This document shows, piece by piece, positions 37,678-38,669 of a stretch of DNA of 38,669 nt. The notes under the pieces are model-generated. The model did not search any database and had not been told where the DNA came from. It worked only from the letters and a program-made list of their open reading frames with translations. Location: IMG/VR virus record IMGVR_UViG_3300024999_000036; one strand, written 5' to 3'. This stretch comes from an uncultured virus (IMG/VR IMGVR_UViG_3300024999_000036). Taxonomy: Duplodnaviria > Heunggongvirae > Uroviricota > Caudoviricetes. The first letter of the stretch is position 1. The number at the start of each line of letters is the position of its first letter. The position numbers were made by a program, and so were the translations under genes.

Positions 37678-37918
37678 TTTCTTGATTCCAGAACCAAATA
37701 GGTGTATCCATTTTTACTTTACAACAATTAAACTTCTCGCAATTATTACAATCATGCATAGACTGTGCTGTACCTAATGGTTCATATTTATTATTGCCTT
37801 TGTTTTTATAATAATTACAACCTGACCATTTTAAATTTCTGTTATTAGAGCTTAATTCAAAATATTCTTCATTAAGTTTATTTAATTCTTCTTGTGTAGT
37901 GATTATGTATTTATTCAT
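37628..37918 (-). CDS. Hypothetical protein
   Basis: ORF with RBS. Confidence 0.6.
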   Translation of the reverse strand: MNKYIITTQEELNKLNEEYFELSSNNRNLKWSGCNYYKNKGNNKYEPLGTAQSMHDCNNCEKFNCCKVKMDTPIWFWNQEIEKEIKNKWKSMFKGD

Positions 37919-37952
37919 AACTTTCTCCTTTCCTAATATTTTGTAAGTTTGA

Positions 37953-38011
37953 ATAAAACATCGATTTTATGCTGATATTGAGAATAACAAAGTGTTGATT
38001 TTATTGGGTTT
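37953..38011. repeat. Composite palindromic site
   Basis: ATAAAA-catcga-TTTTAT-GCTGAT, then AAAGTGTTGATTTTATTGGGTTT 18 nt after the inner arm. Confidence 0.7.
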
Positions 38012-38107
38012 GTGAAGCATGTAGTTTTTGATAATTTTGCAAAATCAACACTTTTAATTATTTTTATTTGTTTTCTTAATTATTTTCTATTTATTTTTTC
38101 TATTTAT

Positions 38108-38136
38108 ATTATAAATGATTGGTGAATATATGTCAA
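38108..38136 (-). promoter_or_regulatory. Consensus SigA promoter
   Basis: TTGACA-17 bp-TATAAT, perfect. Confidence 0.85.
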
Positions 38137-38158
38137 TATATTTATTTTAGTATTTTAA

Positions 38159-38668
38159 TTAAAAATCTTTCATTTTAATTTCACTATAATTTTTTAAAAT
38201 ATCCTTTAAATGTGTTTGTTTGGTTGAAACACTGGTTTGTTTTGTTGCATATCTCAATGCTTTATTTTCAGCACATAATACACAATATTCTTTTGCTCTA
38301 GTTAACATTGTATACACCATCTCTTTTGTCAATAATTTATAATGTGAATAATCTAAGGCTGCTATTACATATTTTATACCTGATCCTTGAGCCTTATGAC
38401 AAGTCATTGCATAACCAAGAGTAATTTTAGATAAATGAGATTTAGGGATATATACAATACCTTTGTTATTGAAATTTACAAGTAATGTTTTTCTATATAT
38501 ATCAAAATCCACTACTATACCTAAATCACCGTTAAAAATAGGAATTTCGTTTCCATATTCATCTAATGTTTTATAATTATTTTTATTATTTAATACCTTA
38601 TCTCCAATATAAATTTTGAAAGGATATTTTGAATTTTCTCCAATTGATATATATTGATTAGTATTTGT
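38159..38668 (-). CDS. RecD2-like SF1B helicase, C-terminal part (continues beyond the window)
   Basis: GDKVL..KNNY, IFNGDLG, LGYAMTCHKAQGS, VYTMLTRAK; frame open to the edge. Confidence 0.9.
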   Translation of the reverse strand, partial: TNTNQYISIGENSKYPFKIYIGDKVLNNKNNYKTLDEYGNEIPIFNGDLGIVVDFDIYRKTLLVNFNNKGIVYIPKSHLSKITLGYAMTCHKAQGSGIKYVIAALDYSHYKLLTKEMVYTMLTRAKEYCVLCAENKALRYATKQTSVSTKQTHLKDILKNYSEIKMKDF

Positions 38669-38669
38669 A

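Larger units (their letters stand above)
1..38669 (-). mobile_element. Segment of a large temperate phage/prophage of a low-GC Firmicute (SPbeta-like organisation)
   Basis: Co-oriented, densely packed small ORFs with Firmicute RBSs; serine integrase, phage-type nucleotide metabolism genes, orphan methyltransferases, RecD2; no host housekeeping operons. Confidence 0.85.

Noticed and set aside
1..38669. CRISPR array, tRNA or rRNA genes
   Set aside because: No regularly spaced direct repeats or cloverleaf/rRNA signatures seen by eye; not confirmed by tRNAscan or Infernal

Overview
A very AT-rich segment in which essentially every real gene is on the minus strand. It looks like the DNA-metabolism and accessory arm of a large temperate Firmicutes (probably clostridial, SPbeta-like) phage. 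It runs from the C-terminus of a RecD2-like helicase (right edge) through about 70 small hypothetical and Cys-rich ORFs to a large serine integrase near the left edge. Recognisable genes: anaerobic RNR (glutaredoxin-like, nrdD, nrdG), dUTPase, two Dam-family methyltransferases, an NMN adenylyltransferase with a NadR-like kinase, a MazG-like protein, a short radical SAM protein, DUF2284, an HslV-like peptidase, a VWA protein, an intact pyrB, thyA, a dATP/dGTP diphosphohydrolase, a 5'(3')-deoxynucleotidase and an HNH protein. The most notable unannotated structure is a dispersed family of intergenic palindromes (up to 12-bp arms around a variable 6-bp spacer). They bracket genes like cassette recombination sites, and six are followed by either a 23-bp second palindrome or tandem NrdR-like boxes. 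Also notable: an attP-like inverted repeat inside the integrase 3' end, a 42-aa candidate directionality factor, and several genes that apparently start at ATA/ATT codons. All calls come from reading motifs by eye; no searches were run.
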